Source: Gnetum montanum (lineage: Eukaryota > Plantae > Gnetophyta). From it: a stretch of 64,000 nt of DNA. The notes below the pieces were generated by a model. That model worked only from the letters and a program-made list of their open reading frames with translations, did not search any database and had not been told where the DNA came from. Positions 24,813-35,879 of the stretch are shown here, in pieces. The stretch's first letter is position 1. Every line of letters begins with the position of its first letter. The position numbers and the translations under genes were made by a program. The stretch spans positions 78,251-142,250 of the forward strand of contig MNCI01000775.1 in NCBI GenBank assembly GCA_015680685.1, given 5' to 3'.

Positions 24813-27536
24813 TTTATCCCTAGTAAACTCATCATTTTTGTTATAAGAGCACAAAACCCACATCCAGAGCATAGAGTGGTTGTATTGATAAAGAGCAAGG
24901 CGATTTAGCATAGTGATTAAGAGATAATTTGCAATCGAGAAGATGCCACCCAAAGGAGAATGTAAACACTAAGAACTCGCCAAGGTGGATGAGGTGAAAG
25001 ACACCTTGGGACGTCTATCCTAGGCGCACGTTGTAGTATGAGAGGAGACTCCATTGGCCTGGTAAGTTGCTACGCTACCTTTGTTTTCTAGGTTACTGTT
25101 GTTGTCTTTTCCTTTTTTATTCGTAATGAAATATGCATCTTCTATCATCTTTTTGGTTGTCATTTTGGCTGTTACACTGCCTCTATTGCCAATTCGGCAA
25201 TGATGGGTGTATAGATGCTACACTAAGGTTGCATGTAGTATTTCCCAGACCACCATTGTTGTGATTTCCTCGCTGCTAAGGTTTAGGTGTTTTTTGCAAC
25301 CTAGCACGTGAACAACGTAGCGTATAGCCCTTAGGAGGGTTTGGCCATGTGTGAGATTTGACAACATAACACATGTTTAATGCAGTGTAGTGCAAATCAT
25401 TTTGTATGGTAGAAGATTGGTTAAAATGGTAGTAGTATATTAAATTCCTTTTTATTTGAAATTCATATTTAAATTTTTTTTGTTACACTAGGCCAATGTG
25501 TTGTAAGACCTTTAGACAAATGCATCATTAATATCATGTTGCTACGCTATTGATCCTATGGTTCTGTTGGTGAATCTACCTTAGTTGTAAATCTGTTATA
25601 TTACTATGCTACGCTACATGTAAAGAAAGATTTTTGCTATGCAATTTTCTACTAGGGGCTTGTGCTATGCTACATGCAAATAAAGGGTTACGTTACGTTG
25701 TTTGCAAATGGATAATCATGCTATGCTACCTATGAAATCCACTCAAACATGATGCTAACATTTGCTATTCTATTGTGTAGGGTGATGTTAAAACCTATTC
25801 TAATTTTCCTAGAGATTGTAGGGGTTTTGTGCTACCTAAGTGAACCAGTGGCCAATGTTCGTCTACCCCATGCATGTGTGGAGCGGTAGGTGGTCTGGTT
25901 CTGGAAGGCATGCGAGACTTCCTACAATTCCTCCTCCAGCACTTTAGTGTGATCGTTTGGTCACACATATCAGTGAAGACAATAGCCACAATTACAAAAA
26001 TGTTGTTGCCCAGGGTGAACTAGGGTATTTTGAAATTTTTGACTGATGGGGCAATCGAGGGTGACCATGTAGAAGGGTCCAATAAACATCAAAAAAGCTT
26101 TAGGCATCTGAGTTGGATCTAGGAAAAGCCTGAGTATAAATGCTATCACCTGTACAACATGTTGTTCATTGCCCACCACATGGGCACCTATTTTTAGAAC
26201 CCACCAAGAACCATTTATTTTGTTAATGGGTGAGTTCTGTAAACGTATTCCATCACATTATGTAATGCATGCTACGCTAGGCAACAATGTTGATAGTGTA
26301 TGTGGTTTTTTTTGTTTGTTACCAGGTTTTATATCAACAAAGTGGGCATCGCGATGATACTGATGCCTTGGCTTTAGCACAGATGGCCTTGTAGGAATTT
26401 TCCTCCATTGGGAATGTGCATGCAGGAATGATAGGATAATGCGGGGGTGAGTACAAAACCTATCCAACCTAGTACTTTCAGTTTTATAGGAAGTGTAAGG
26501 AGACTAGTTGGTTGGATAGGGATTGGGCATCCCTTAGGCCAATCATCATTGAAGATGTTTTGGTGGATCTCCCACCATTTCCTTCACCATTTAAACTTAG
26601 TACGCTAGACCATGAATTTATGTTTGCATATTCGAGTGTTGTTTCATTTTTCTTCTATTTTTTTTGTTTAACTTTTTCTTTTCAAACTACTATAGAAGAG
26701 AAGAAATCCCAAGAGGTCACTGTGATCAACTCTAGTCATAATGAGGCCAACATCTATTTCAACTATGGGAAGGTGGACAAGACCCAATGCTGGCTCTGTA
26801 ACGGGACCAAAGACTCACGCATCAACAACCTTCAGGATGTTGGGCTTATGAAGTTTTTCTTAGCCATCAACCCAAGCATCCCTACTACTGAAATGCTTGC
26901 CCTAGACAACTCCTTTTCCTAAAGAGTAGATCACTTCTACACACATGTTCACAGTGTGCTAGTGATGCTTGAGATTAATGACCAACAATTTTTGGATATC
27001 TTTAGTGTCCCTTCTAATGGCCTCCCTATGGGAGCAAAGACCAAAAAGAAGAAAAACCATCAGGGGGACATTAAGGAGTGGCTAGGGGTAGAAAAGGGCT
27101 AAAATGGGATCCATATTGAAGAGGCCAAGCTAAAAGTGGCTAGAACGGTTTACCCCATCTTCCATGCCTGTGCTTTCCCCAAGCCACTCTTTGAAGGAAA
27201 AATCATTGGGATCGAGCAAGCTTGGATAATGAGGGAAGTCATGGAAGAGGGGGCCCATTACAATTGGGCCAAGCATCTTTGCAAAGGTCTGCAAGCTAAA
27301 ATGGTCAAGCTTCATAGGAATATTAAATCCTAAATCCCATTTCAATGTGCATCATGCTTTCTTTGTAGCCTACCTGCGGCGCTTCACAAAATTATTAGTA
27401 GTCCATGAGAATGAAGTCTAGGTGATACAGAATTGTAACCAGAGTTCTAAACTATGGATTTTTCAAGTTTTCTGTACCAACCAATCTCAGGAACCCCTAG
27501 AAGTTATTGGGAAATTATTTTCAATGACAACCATGG

Positions 27537-29675
27537 TGAAAACACCAAAAAATTTTGGCTAGCACTTTCAGACAGAAAATAGAGATAAGTCATGATGATC
27601 CCTAGCATGACCAAGCTCTAGAGCATCAGAAAAGCATCGAATGGAGCATAATTGAAAAGGAAAAAGTTTCTCAAGATCCACAGGTGACTACATCAGCATC
27701 TGGCATCATTAATTTCAATTTTTGAATTTCAAAATACTTTGTTTTGACCAAGTAGACTCTATTCATGTTGGGCTGTATGCTGGCCAACGTATAGACCAGC
27801 GTATGGCAACTTTTGGGCCCTAAAAATGAGTCAAAACATGCCATAATTGAGCATCTAGACCTCCCATGACCTTCCCCAAGCTCCCTAGAAGCTCTTGGCC
27901 TCCTAAAAATTCAATTTTTGGTCCTAAATGATGCAATTTCATGTGTATACGCTAGGAACACCTTGGTATACCCTGACCAGCGTATAGCCCAGCGTATACC
28001 ATCAAAAAGGGCCTAAAATAGGCATCACAGAGCAACATGTTCACATCAAATCAACTCTTGGAAGTAGGAAAACTATTGAGCATCATCACTAGCTCCTAAA
28101 GATCAAGTTTTGACCTTGAAATGTTGCATTTTCATGTGTATACGCTAGGTACACCTTGCTATACGTTGGCCAACGTATAGCCCAGCGTACACCACCATGA
28201 ACGGGGCAAATCAGGAACTTTTGGGCAAGTTTTCAACCTAGAATCAATCCTCAAGACATGGAAAATAATTCTACAAGGACATAGTGTTCAGAAACTTCAG
28301 TTTTAAGCTTCCAACGAGCCATTTTCACCTGTGTATGTTGAGCACACCTTGGTATACGTTGGCCAGGGTATAGCTTAGTGTAGACCACCAAAACAAGCCC
28401 AAAAATGCATCAAAATGAAGTCAAAATTAGCATCTGGACACCCTGGAGCATTATCAGAACTTAGGCATGAAGGGAAAATCACCAACGTACAAAGTAAAAC
28501 ATCCAACATGGTAGTTCATGAGGTGTACGCTGAGGTTGATGCTAGCCAGTGTATAGCCTAGTGTCAACCCACAAAGTCCTCCAAAATAGCACCAGATTAG
28601 GGGAAAATCGGCTCAAATTCAACATACAACACCCTTAGGATAGGATCCATGTAGATATATAGTCAAAATTGGCTTTGGAGGTCAAAATTTGGACCATTTA
28701 TGATCCATACGTTGGCCAGCGTATGGGGCGTATAGAGCGTATATGCCATCGTACACACGCTAGATGCCCAATATCATATGCTAAACACTGTACGCAGATG
28801 CCAACACACGCTAGAGAATTTGAAGACATGCTGAGGCCAAAAAAAGTAGGCCAGAGCATGGATCTAGAAGCCAGAGACATCATTCTTGTTGTAACATACA
28901 AATCCTTTTGTATGTTTTAAGTTTTTTGAGCGTTTCAAGCCTATACACTGGGTGTTCATATGCCAGCATGTATGCTAAATGCTGTACAGTTGTAACGTAT
29001 CCTACACTTGGTCAACGCACCACTTGTCTCCCAATCTAAATTTTTCTCACCTCACAACCACTCATCTCCTTCCAGATTCGAATCTAACGCCCGAGATCTT
29101 ATAAAAATCCCAATTTTTCACTAGATCGAGGTTGGCAATTTTTGATAAAGGGACATAAAAACTGGAATCTGTGAGACTTAGCAAATCTGGGCATCAACTT
29201 CTGTACACTGGGCATTAGACTTGGATGCTACATTTCCTTGCAACCTAAAACCTACACCTACTAGCACCCGTCATCACCCACTAGGGCTAAACATCCACCT
29301 TGTGATCAATCCACAACTACATTTTGATCAGTGCACACTGTAATCATTTTACAATAGAAAACAGTTTATATTTTTTCTAGATTTATTGCAGTTTTATTTT
29401 TTCTTCTAGTTTACATTTACATTCCCATTTACGTTATTGCACCTGTTTACATTACAGTTTACATTTAATGTGCATCGTTTATGTATAACCTAATGCATTG
29501 CAAAGTGCGTACATTGGGGAAGTCCTCATTTGATCCACACATAGACCATTCAAGGTACTCTACCTTCGTTGATTCCAGCTTGCCCTCAAGCGAAGGTAGG
29601 GTCTTCTGTATTTCTTCTGAGTTCTCCTAGTGTTTGTTTCATTCTAGCCTTGCACCAACGATTTCGGATGGTACA
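27537..29675 (+). mobile_element. Solo LTR (2139 bp) of a Tat-related family inserted in exon 4 of the antisense gene
   Basis: TGAAAACACC...GATGGTACA termini; perfect 5-bp TSD CATGG (27532-27536 and 29676-29680); flanks rejoin colinearly with the uninterrupted 61550-61790; no coding motifs inside. Confidence 0.93.
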
Positions 29676-30114
29676 CATGGATCGAGTGGTGTACAACTTC
29701 CATGGCCAAGATAGCATAGGAGAGGTGCCCCGTACTACTATGGAAAATGTATCATAGGATAAATGCCTCATTGTAGAGATGGTGGCAACTAGGTTGTAGT
29801 GTAAAAGATCTTACCCAGTTGAGGAGCCTCCCCATACGGGTGAAGAAGGGGGACAAAAGCTATGGTTCAAACTTTGCAGAATGTAGCCTCCCATTGGTAA
29901 ATACTTTCTCTTTTTATTTGTTAACTTATTTGTTTGGTTAATGCTTGCTACACTATGCTACACTAGGTAGTGTAGCATAGCATAGCATTTTTTTCAAGTT
30001 AGTATGCATTTTCCTAATGTGCCATGTTTTATTAGCAAAGGAAGAAGAAGTAGAAGAAGGTGAAGAAGAGGTGACGACACCTGAAATAGGGGCAACTCAT
30101 AAATATGCGGGGGC

Positions 30115-30350
30115 CCAACCATAGAGGAAAGGGCCACGATCAAGGAAGAAGGAGCTCCTACCGCAAAGGAAAGGGCTCCCGCCCATGAGGAGAATGCTCC
30201 TACTAACAAGGAGGATGTTCCTACCAATGAGGATGACACTCCTGTTGATGAGGAGGATGCTCCTATCAATGAGGAAGAGGTTGATGCCATAGAAATGAGG
30301 GTCCCACTGAATAAAGAAGAGGCCTTTGTCAATCAAAAATAGGCCTCTGG
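30115..30350 (+). repeat. 21-bp coding tandem repeat (P-x-N-E-E-D-A heptapeptide)
   Basis: ...APAHEENAPTNKEDVPTNEDDTPVDEEDAPINEEE... on the plus strand. Confidence 0.8.
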
Positions 30351-32024
30351 CGACAATCCCTTCTCTGAGTGTAGTTCAACACTAGAAGAGTAGATGAATG
30401 CAGAGAGTGTTGCCATGCTATTGAGTTAGCTAGAAGGAGGGGAGTTACAACTTGATGCTGGTGAGTTTTATTTTATATTTGATAGTTTGTTGATGGGCAA
30501 CCCCCTCGCTATCACCCCTAAGGATTTGCTAGGTAGGATCTTTACACTGTTGTTTGCGTTGCTCATCAGCTTTATTATAGTCCTCTCGGTCATAATTTTT
30601 GTTGACAAGTTTTTTTATGTAGCAGACACTACTGTTGACACTGCAGGCCCTTCTTTAATTTGCTTGTGACCATGGGCTAAGACCCCTGATAAGTTTGCCT
30701 TCATGCAGGGTGTGGTCGACAACATGATCAACTATCTAAATCAGATCAATCTAGAAGTGGGTCAGTGAAGTAGCTATGCTAGGCTTTTTAAATTGCTAAA
30801 CTTTGCTATGCTACTATGACTAATGCCTTTTTGAATGCAGTTGATAGCATCTCTCTACTGTGACTAATGCCTTTTTGAATGCAGTTGATAGCATCTTGCC
30901 TAAAGTGGGATCCTAAGCAAGAAATGAAGGTTGATGTCGTGCCTGCAATCCCACCAGAAGTGACCAAAGTACCTTGTCACATATATGATGAGGCTAGTGA
31001 ATGTGTGTTGTACTCGGCATGCTCCTTGTGGGAGTGCAAGAATGTTAACGAAGACGTGTGGAAACGGATCCAGAGGCTTGAGAAGGAGAAGGTAAATCTA
31101 ACCACCAAGGTGGGAGACCTCCACTCTAGGAATGAGTTCCTTTTGGTCTAGGATACCAACGATGGTAGTTGGCGCATGACTGTCATTGATTACATAAGGT
31201 ATTGGATGATCATGTGGTGAAACAACAAGGCCACATGTGAAATAATATTGTAGTGTATGCAAATGGACTTGTTGGCCAAGAAGAACAAAGATTGGAAAGA
31301 TAATAGTGGAAGAGTTTATGAGTGGGGGTAGTCACAGAAAAACCATAAGCGTATGTAAAAATTGGAACATACCACCTACCGAAAATAGTATCAAGATGCT
31401 TTTGTTAAGTTGTATACACATGAAGTGTTCTTTGATGTCATTGGCACTTCTAGGGCTTACAACAAGTTCATGCAACAAGTGATGGTTAGTGAATCCCCTG
31501 AATGGGAAGTGAGTTTCCCCATGGGTGAGACCGCCACTGCTTCCTTTTCTCTAGGGCCACTAAGATGGAAAACTATTGAAAAGGAGTAAGTTGTAGCAAA
31601 AACTGACTTGGAAGATAGGCACTAGGTGGAAATTACTAATGAGGAGGTCTAGCAGCCCCTCGGGACTAGCTTGGATAGCATACCCCTTGAGACAGACGTG
31701 GGATCGTCTTGGGTTAGTCACTTTTTTTGATGCAACGATTTATTTTATTCTAGTTTTTATTGTGACTCTAGCTAACTACTTTAATTTCTGTGATATAGAA
31801 TCTGGATGAAGATACAAGGCCCTCTGAAGGAGGGAACAATGGTGCAAAGTAAGATGATGGAGAAGAAGACTCGTAGTATGACAGCAAGGGATTTTATTTG
31901 AATTTTTTAAAAAATATTGTAAATATTAATTGGTTAAGACTTTAAAAGGAAGATAAACTGTGACAAAATTCATTTTATTTTGGCTTGTGTATTATCTATG
32001 TTATCTGTTTTTATGTTTTTTTTG

Positions 32025-32235
32025 TCTTAGTTTTAGGCCATTTTGGGCCATTGTCAGGTGATAAGAAATTTTTTTTTATTTGTTTGTTTTTTTTGAATAG
32101 CTAGTTTTAGGCCTTGGTGGGCCGCAGTGATAGTTTAAGGCCATTCAGGGCCATTGCTAGTTTTAGGCCATTTCGGGCCATCACGGAGGTGCAAGGTAAA
32201 GAATTTTTCTAGTTTTAGGCCTTAGCAGGCCATAA
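32025..32235. repeat. Array of AGTTTTAGGCC motifs downstream of the antisense gene
   Basis: Motif at ~32029, 32103, 32132, 32159, 32211; variant of the AGTTTAAGGTC core. Confidence 0.8.
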
Positions 32236-32441
32236 AATACATGAACGAAGTACACGACACAAATAATATAAATACAGAGGACATTAAAGCTAAGGATGGA
32301 TGTAAAGCAAATAGTGCAAGTGCAGAGAAGTGTGTGTAAAGGGTAACGTAGCTACACTAATGTGGACACAGTTCAATTTTGAAGTTGCTTTTTGATCCAT
32401 CATGGGTTTAGCAATGTATAAATCCAAGGAGCCTTGTTGTG

Positions 32442-35400
32442 CTATTCCTCTATGCTATTGTCTGTTGGCTGAAATGGAAGTTCCAGCCACATCGTGACTT
32501 CATTTGTACCATTTTTAGCTTGTTTAGGCACCTCCATTTGAATGGGGGATTGTTCTTCAAAGACTTCAATATCTGAACCTTGCTCTACCCTCACATTGTT
32601 TATGGTCCAAGGAGTTACTTCATCGCCATGTATCACCACTTTTCCTCCTACATAGGATAAATGGATCTCTTGATGTATTGGTAATGAAATGGCCCTAATT
32701 TGGGCTAACCAAAATCTCCCTAAAATCAAGTTGAATCTTGGCATCTCCTCTACCACTATGAACATTGTGTTTGTGGGGAATTGGTCCCCTGCGACAAAGG
32801 TAATTTGCACAGTCCCTTTTACCTACACTCGTGGCCCATTAAATGACTTTAGGTAGGATGTTGTTGTGGGATTAATTTAACCACAATGGGAAAAGGGATG
32901 ACATTGGCTTGGCACCATCATCAATGTGCACTCTTCAGATCTTGTGTTGGCCAACCTAAATTGTAGTAAACATTGGTGTTGTTATCACCTGATCCTTTTC
33001 AAGGTCATCTTTAATGGACCCGTCAAAAAATGTTAACTAAGTTGTTCCCAGTTTTTTGGATGTAGGAGGGAGCATAACTGCATGAATTGCTTTTTCCTCT
33101 GCCAGTATGCTTTCGTCCATAGATATGGATGTCAACATACGAAGCAAGGCCTCATAGTATGCAGTGGAGGTCATTACCAGGTCGTACAGGCTCAAAGTTG
33201 TATTCTTCTATTTTAGAGCCTACTTGACTTGAGCAAGGGCATATAACAAGTCCTTCTTGCCTTCTTATTTATTACTACCCTTCTCTTCCTCCATTCATCC
33301 TAGGAGATAAATTTCTCTAGGAGGAGGGGTTTTAGGTTTGGGGTTGGATCTTTTTGGATGCATTGGCGATGATTGCTTGGATGTAGCGACATCAGCTATT
33401 GATGAAAAGGGGGGTGAAGGCATGGAAGATGAGGAGGTAGGCTTAGGGGAACTTGAGGCGACATGTTGTTTAGCTTCCTTATCCATTAGATGATCTTCCC
33501 TCTTCTTTGAATGGGAAGGCTATGAGGTTGTCTTGGCTTAACTATGTATGGTGAGGGTAGTTGATTGTTTTAGCCCCCTAATGATAAACAGTGTTTCTGG
33601 AGTCAGTGCAAGTGGTCGTGTGGTTTTAAACATGAAAGGTGTAGGGGCGGATGTTTGAGAGGGAACTTTAAGGACAAATGGTTGTTGTGGTATCTTTCTA
33701 GAAGCTAGTGGTGTTGGTGCACTACACTGAGGCATGTAAACAACAAATAGTAGTTGAGGTGCTTTGGGATTACTGTCTACACCAATGGTGTTGATGATGT
33801 AGTCGATGTTGTTAGCATTAAGTGGGTATGTGTAAATGTGCATAGATTGATTCTCAGAATACACAGGGTTTCTTTCATCTAGAACAAACTTCCCTTGATC
33901 AATAATTCGTTGAATGTTGTCCTTTAATGCTAAATAGTAATCCATGTGGTGACCACAAAGTTGATGATAGTCACAAAATTGCTCCAGCCTAAAGTTCTTA
34001 GGAACTGGCAGCTCGTTGGGCATAGCAAAATAGGGGTTCCTAAGGAGCTCATAGTACCATTGATTCCTTTTGGTTGCCTCCTCTAACATCTTCTTGTGTT
34101 GAATGTAACTTTCCCCTAGTAGTTTCTTCAAAAGTTCTGAAGGCTTAATAGGTAGCAGGGTTTATTTAGAGAAATATTTATGGTCAAAATTGGGCTTAGC
34201 TGGGGTGGATGCTTCAGGTGCCAACATGGAGGGTTGAGCGGCATTGCTTGGGCAAGGCACAAATTTAGTTGACGTAGTGGCTACCTTTTTGTTGTTATTG
34301 TTGTTGGGCTTGGCCTCATTCGCCACAATGGCCACTGTGGCTGTTGCATCCTTGCCCTTCTCTTTTTCCTTCTTAGTATATGTGTTTTTATATACAACAT
34401 AGACAAGATATTTACCTACGTTAGTTGCATCTTGAATGCTCTTGGTCTAGGAAAAAGCTTGACTAAGAGTTCGTGGAGCTAGGTAGTATAGTTTGNACCA
34501 CACCACCAATGGTGGTTTCCCTTGTAACTCCATAATCATTTGCATCATTCCCAGGTCTGGACCAAGCATTCCAACTGATCTAGATCCTTATTGAAGAAAT
34601 TAAGTGCATGAAAGCTTCTAATTTTGACATAGTACAAGTTATGGACTTCTACCATGATGATCCCATTAGCCCAACAGTCCCCATGTTCACATTATCCTCC
34701 AGAATGCCACTCGTTGACTTTACAAAATACAACAGGGAGGGTGACCCCAATGCTAATCTCGTGATGTTTAGATCTAAGTACCTTCTACCAAAACAATGGT
34801 TGCACACCATCATCCATGTCTTTGTTATGTCTCTGATGGGCAAAGCTTTAGACTGGTACCATGCACTTCCATGCTCTTCTATCTCGATCCTAGAGGAGTT
34901 GTTGACTCAATTCGTAACTCATTTCAAGTATAACTTGAAACCATAGGTTAAGCTGGATCACTTAATGAGCATTAAGAAAGATCCACTAGAATCAGTCCAA
35001 AAATTTATATAGTGGTGGAGCNGCATTGGTGGTGCCATGGGATAGGTTTTTTATGTGATCGATGGGGAAGACCATAGTCCCATGCTTGGTTGTACCATTT
35101 GTGGGACCTGGTACACTTGATGGTGAGCTTAATGTGATATTTGGGAAGGTTATGAAGTAGGGGGAGAAGTGATTGGGATCCACCATGTGGCTAGGGGTGG
35201 GCCTACCACTGATGGTGGAATAGGTGTAGATGTTGGAATGGAAGTGAAAACTTTATGCAACTGTGACGTAGGTACCGTGTGCATGTAAGGTAGGGTACCC
35301 ATGATCGGTGCTTGGTACAATGAAGGGATAGATTGGGGAATAGATTGTGGAGTGATAGTGCCTAGAAATGAGACAGAGGAATAGGCATGTTCATATCCTG

Positions 35401-35870
35401 AGGGTATGGCATGGCATGGCTACCCATGGTTGATGAAATTATGGTTTACGACAAGGTAGACATAATCATAAAGGGAGCAGTCATGAAGAGTGGGTTCGAC
35501 TAGAAGGATGGGGTGGGAGGGATAGTCATAGGGTTAGTTTGATCCCCATTCTCAAATTGGGAATCCAGGTTCTCTTGTCCATCTTGAAGCGCCTCATCAT
35601 AGTGAGACACTGTATCTCACTTCTCCCTATACCTACTTGTGCATACCAACTAATCTAAGATCCACCGATACATTTCTGTTAGGGGAATGGAAGCACCAGG
35701 AGTAAGGATAAATTCCCTCCCACTGTAGCAATAGGGACACGGGAACTATCAACAAGGGAGTGGGCTTAGGAGGACCTAGTTTAGTGAATTCCCTAGCCAT
35801 CTTGTTAGCTCACTGCGTGTCACATTTCCTTGAGTAGGAAGGTTACAATGTAGTCCCCACTACTGGACTC
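32442..35870 (-). pseudogene. gag: Decayed protease (~32442-33000) and gag (~33000-35870) of element B
   Basis: RVHIDDGAK, FNLILGRFWLAQIRAISLPIHQ; FCDYHQLCGHHMDYYLALKDNIQRIIDQG zinc knuckle (ORF 33538-34131). Confidence 0.9.
34497..35021 (+). other. Inverted gag-core segment bounded by single N bases (probable mis-oriented assembly fragment)
   Basis: N at 34496 and 35022; encodes the KYNREGDPNANL...WYHALP gag core that is exactly the piece missing from the minus-strand gag on either side. Confidence 0.8.
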
Positions 35871-35879
35871 TAGGAAGAT

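Larger units (their letters stand above)
24943..31876 (+). pseudogene. Multi-exon antisense cargo gene, copy 1: FCP1/NIF-like HAD domain + plant-retroelement helical domain + acidic repeat + coiled coil
   Basis: Exons 24943-25061, 25781-26229, 26326-26599, 26696-29896 (split by solo LTR), ~30041-30460, ~30623-30760, ~30885-31712, ~31799-31876; GT/AG borders with T-rich introns; first four exons match 59196-61794 in position and phase; last four exons less certain. Confidence 0.8.
17198..35870 (-). mobile_element. Tat-lineage (Ogre/Retand-like) Ty3/gypsy element B, 5' LTR missing
   Basis: Order on minus strand: gag, PR, 8-kb spacer, RT, RH, archaeal-type RH, INT, tandem array, PPT, LTR. Confidence 0.9.

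Noticed and set aside
29994-30336. Ser/Leu-rich minus-strand ORFs
   Set aside because: Shadow frames of the acidic 21-bp repeat exon on the plus strand
24943-31876. Ordinary host gene interrupted by retroelements
   Set aside because: It occurs twice at the same position relative to RT in two diverged elements, no LTR or TSD separates it from PR or RT, and it shares element motifs
34497-35021. Biological inversion within gag
   Set aside because: Bounded exactly by single N bases; most likely a mis-oriented contig
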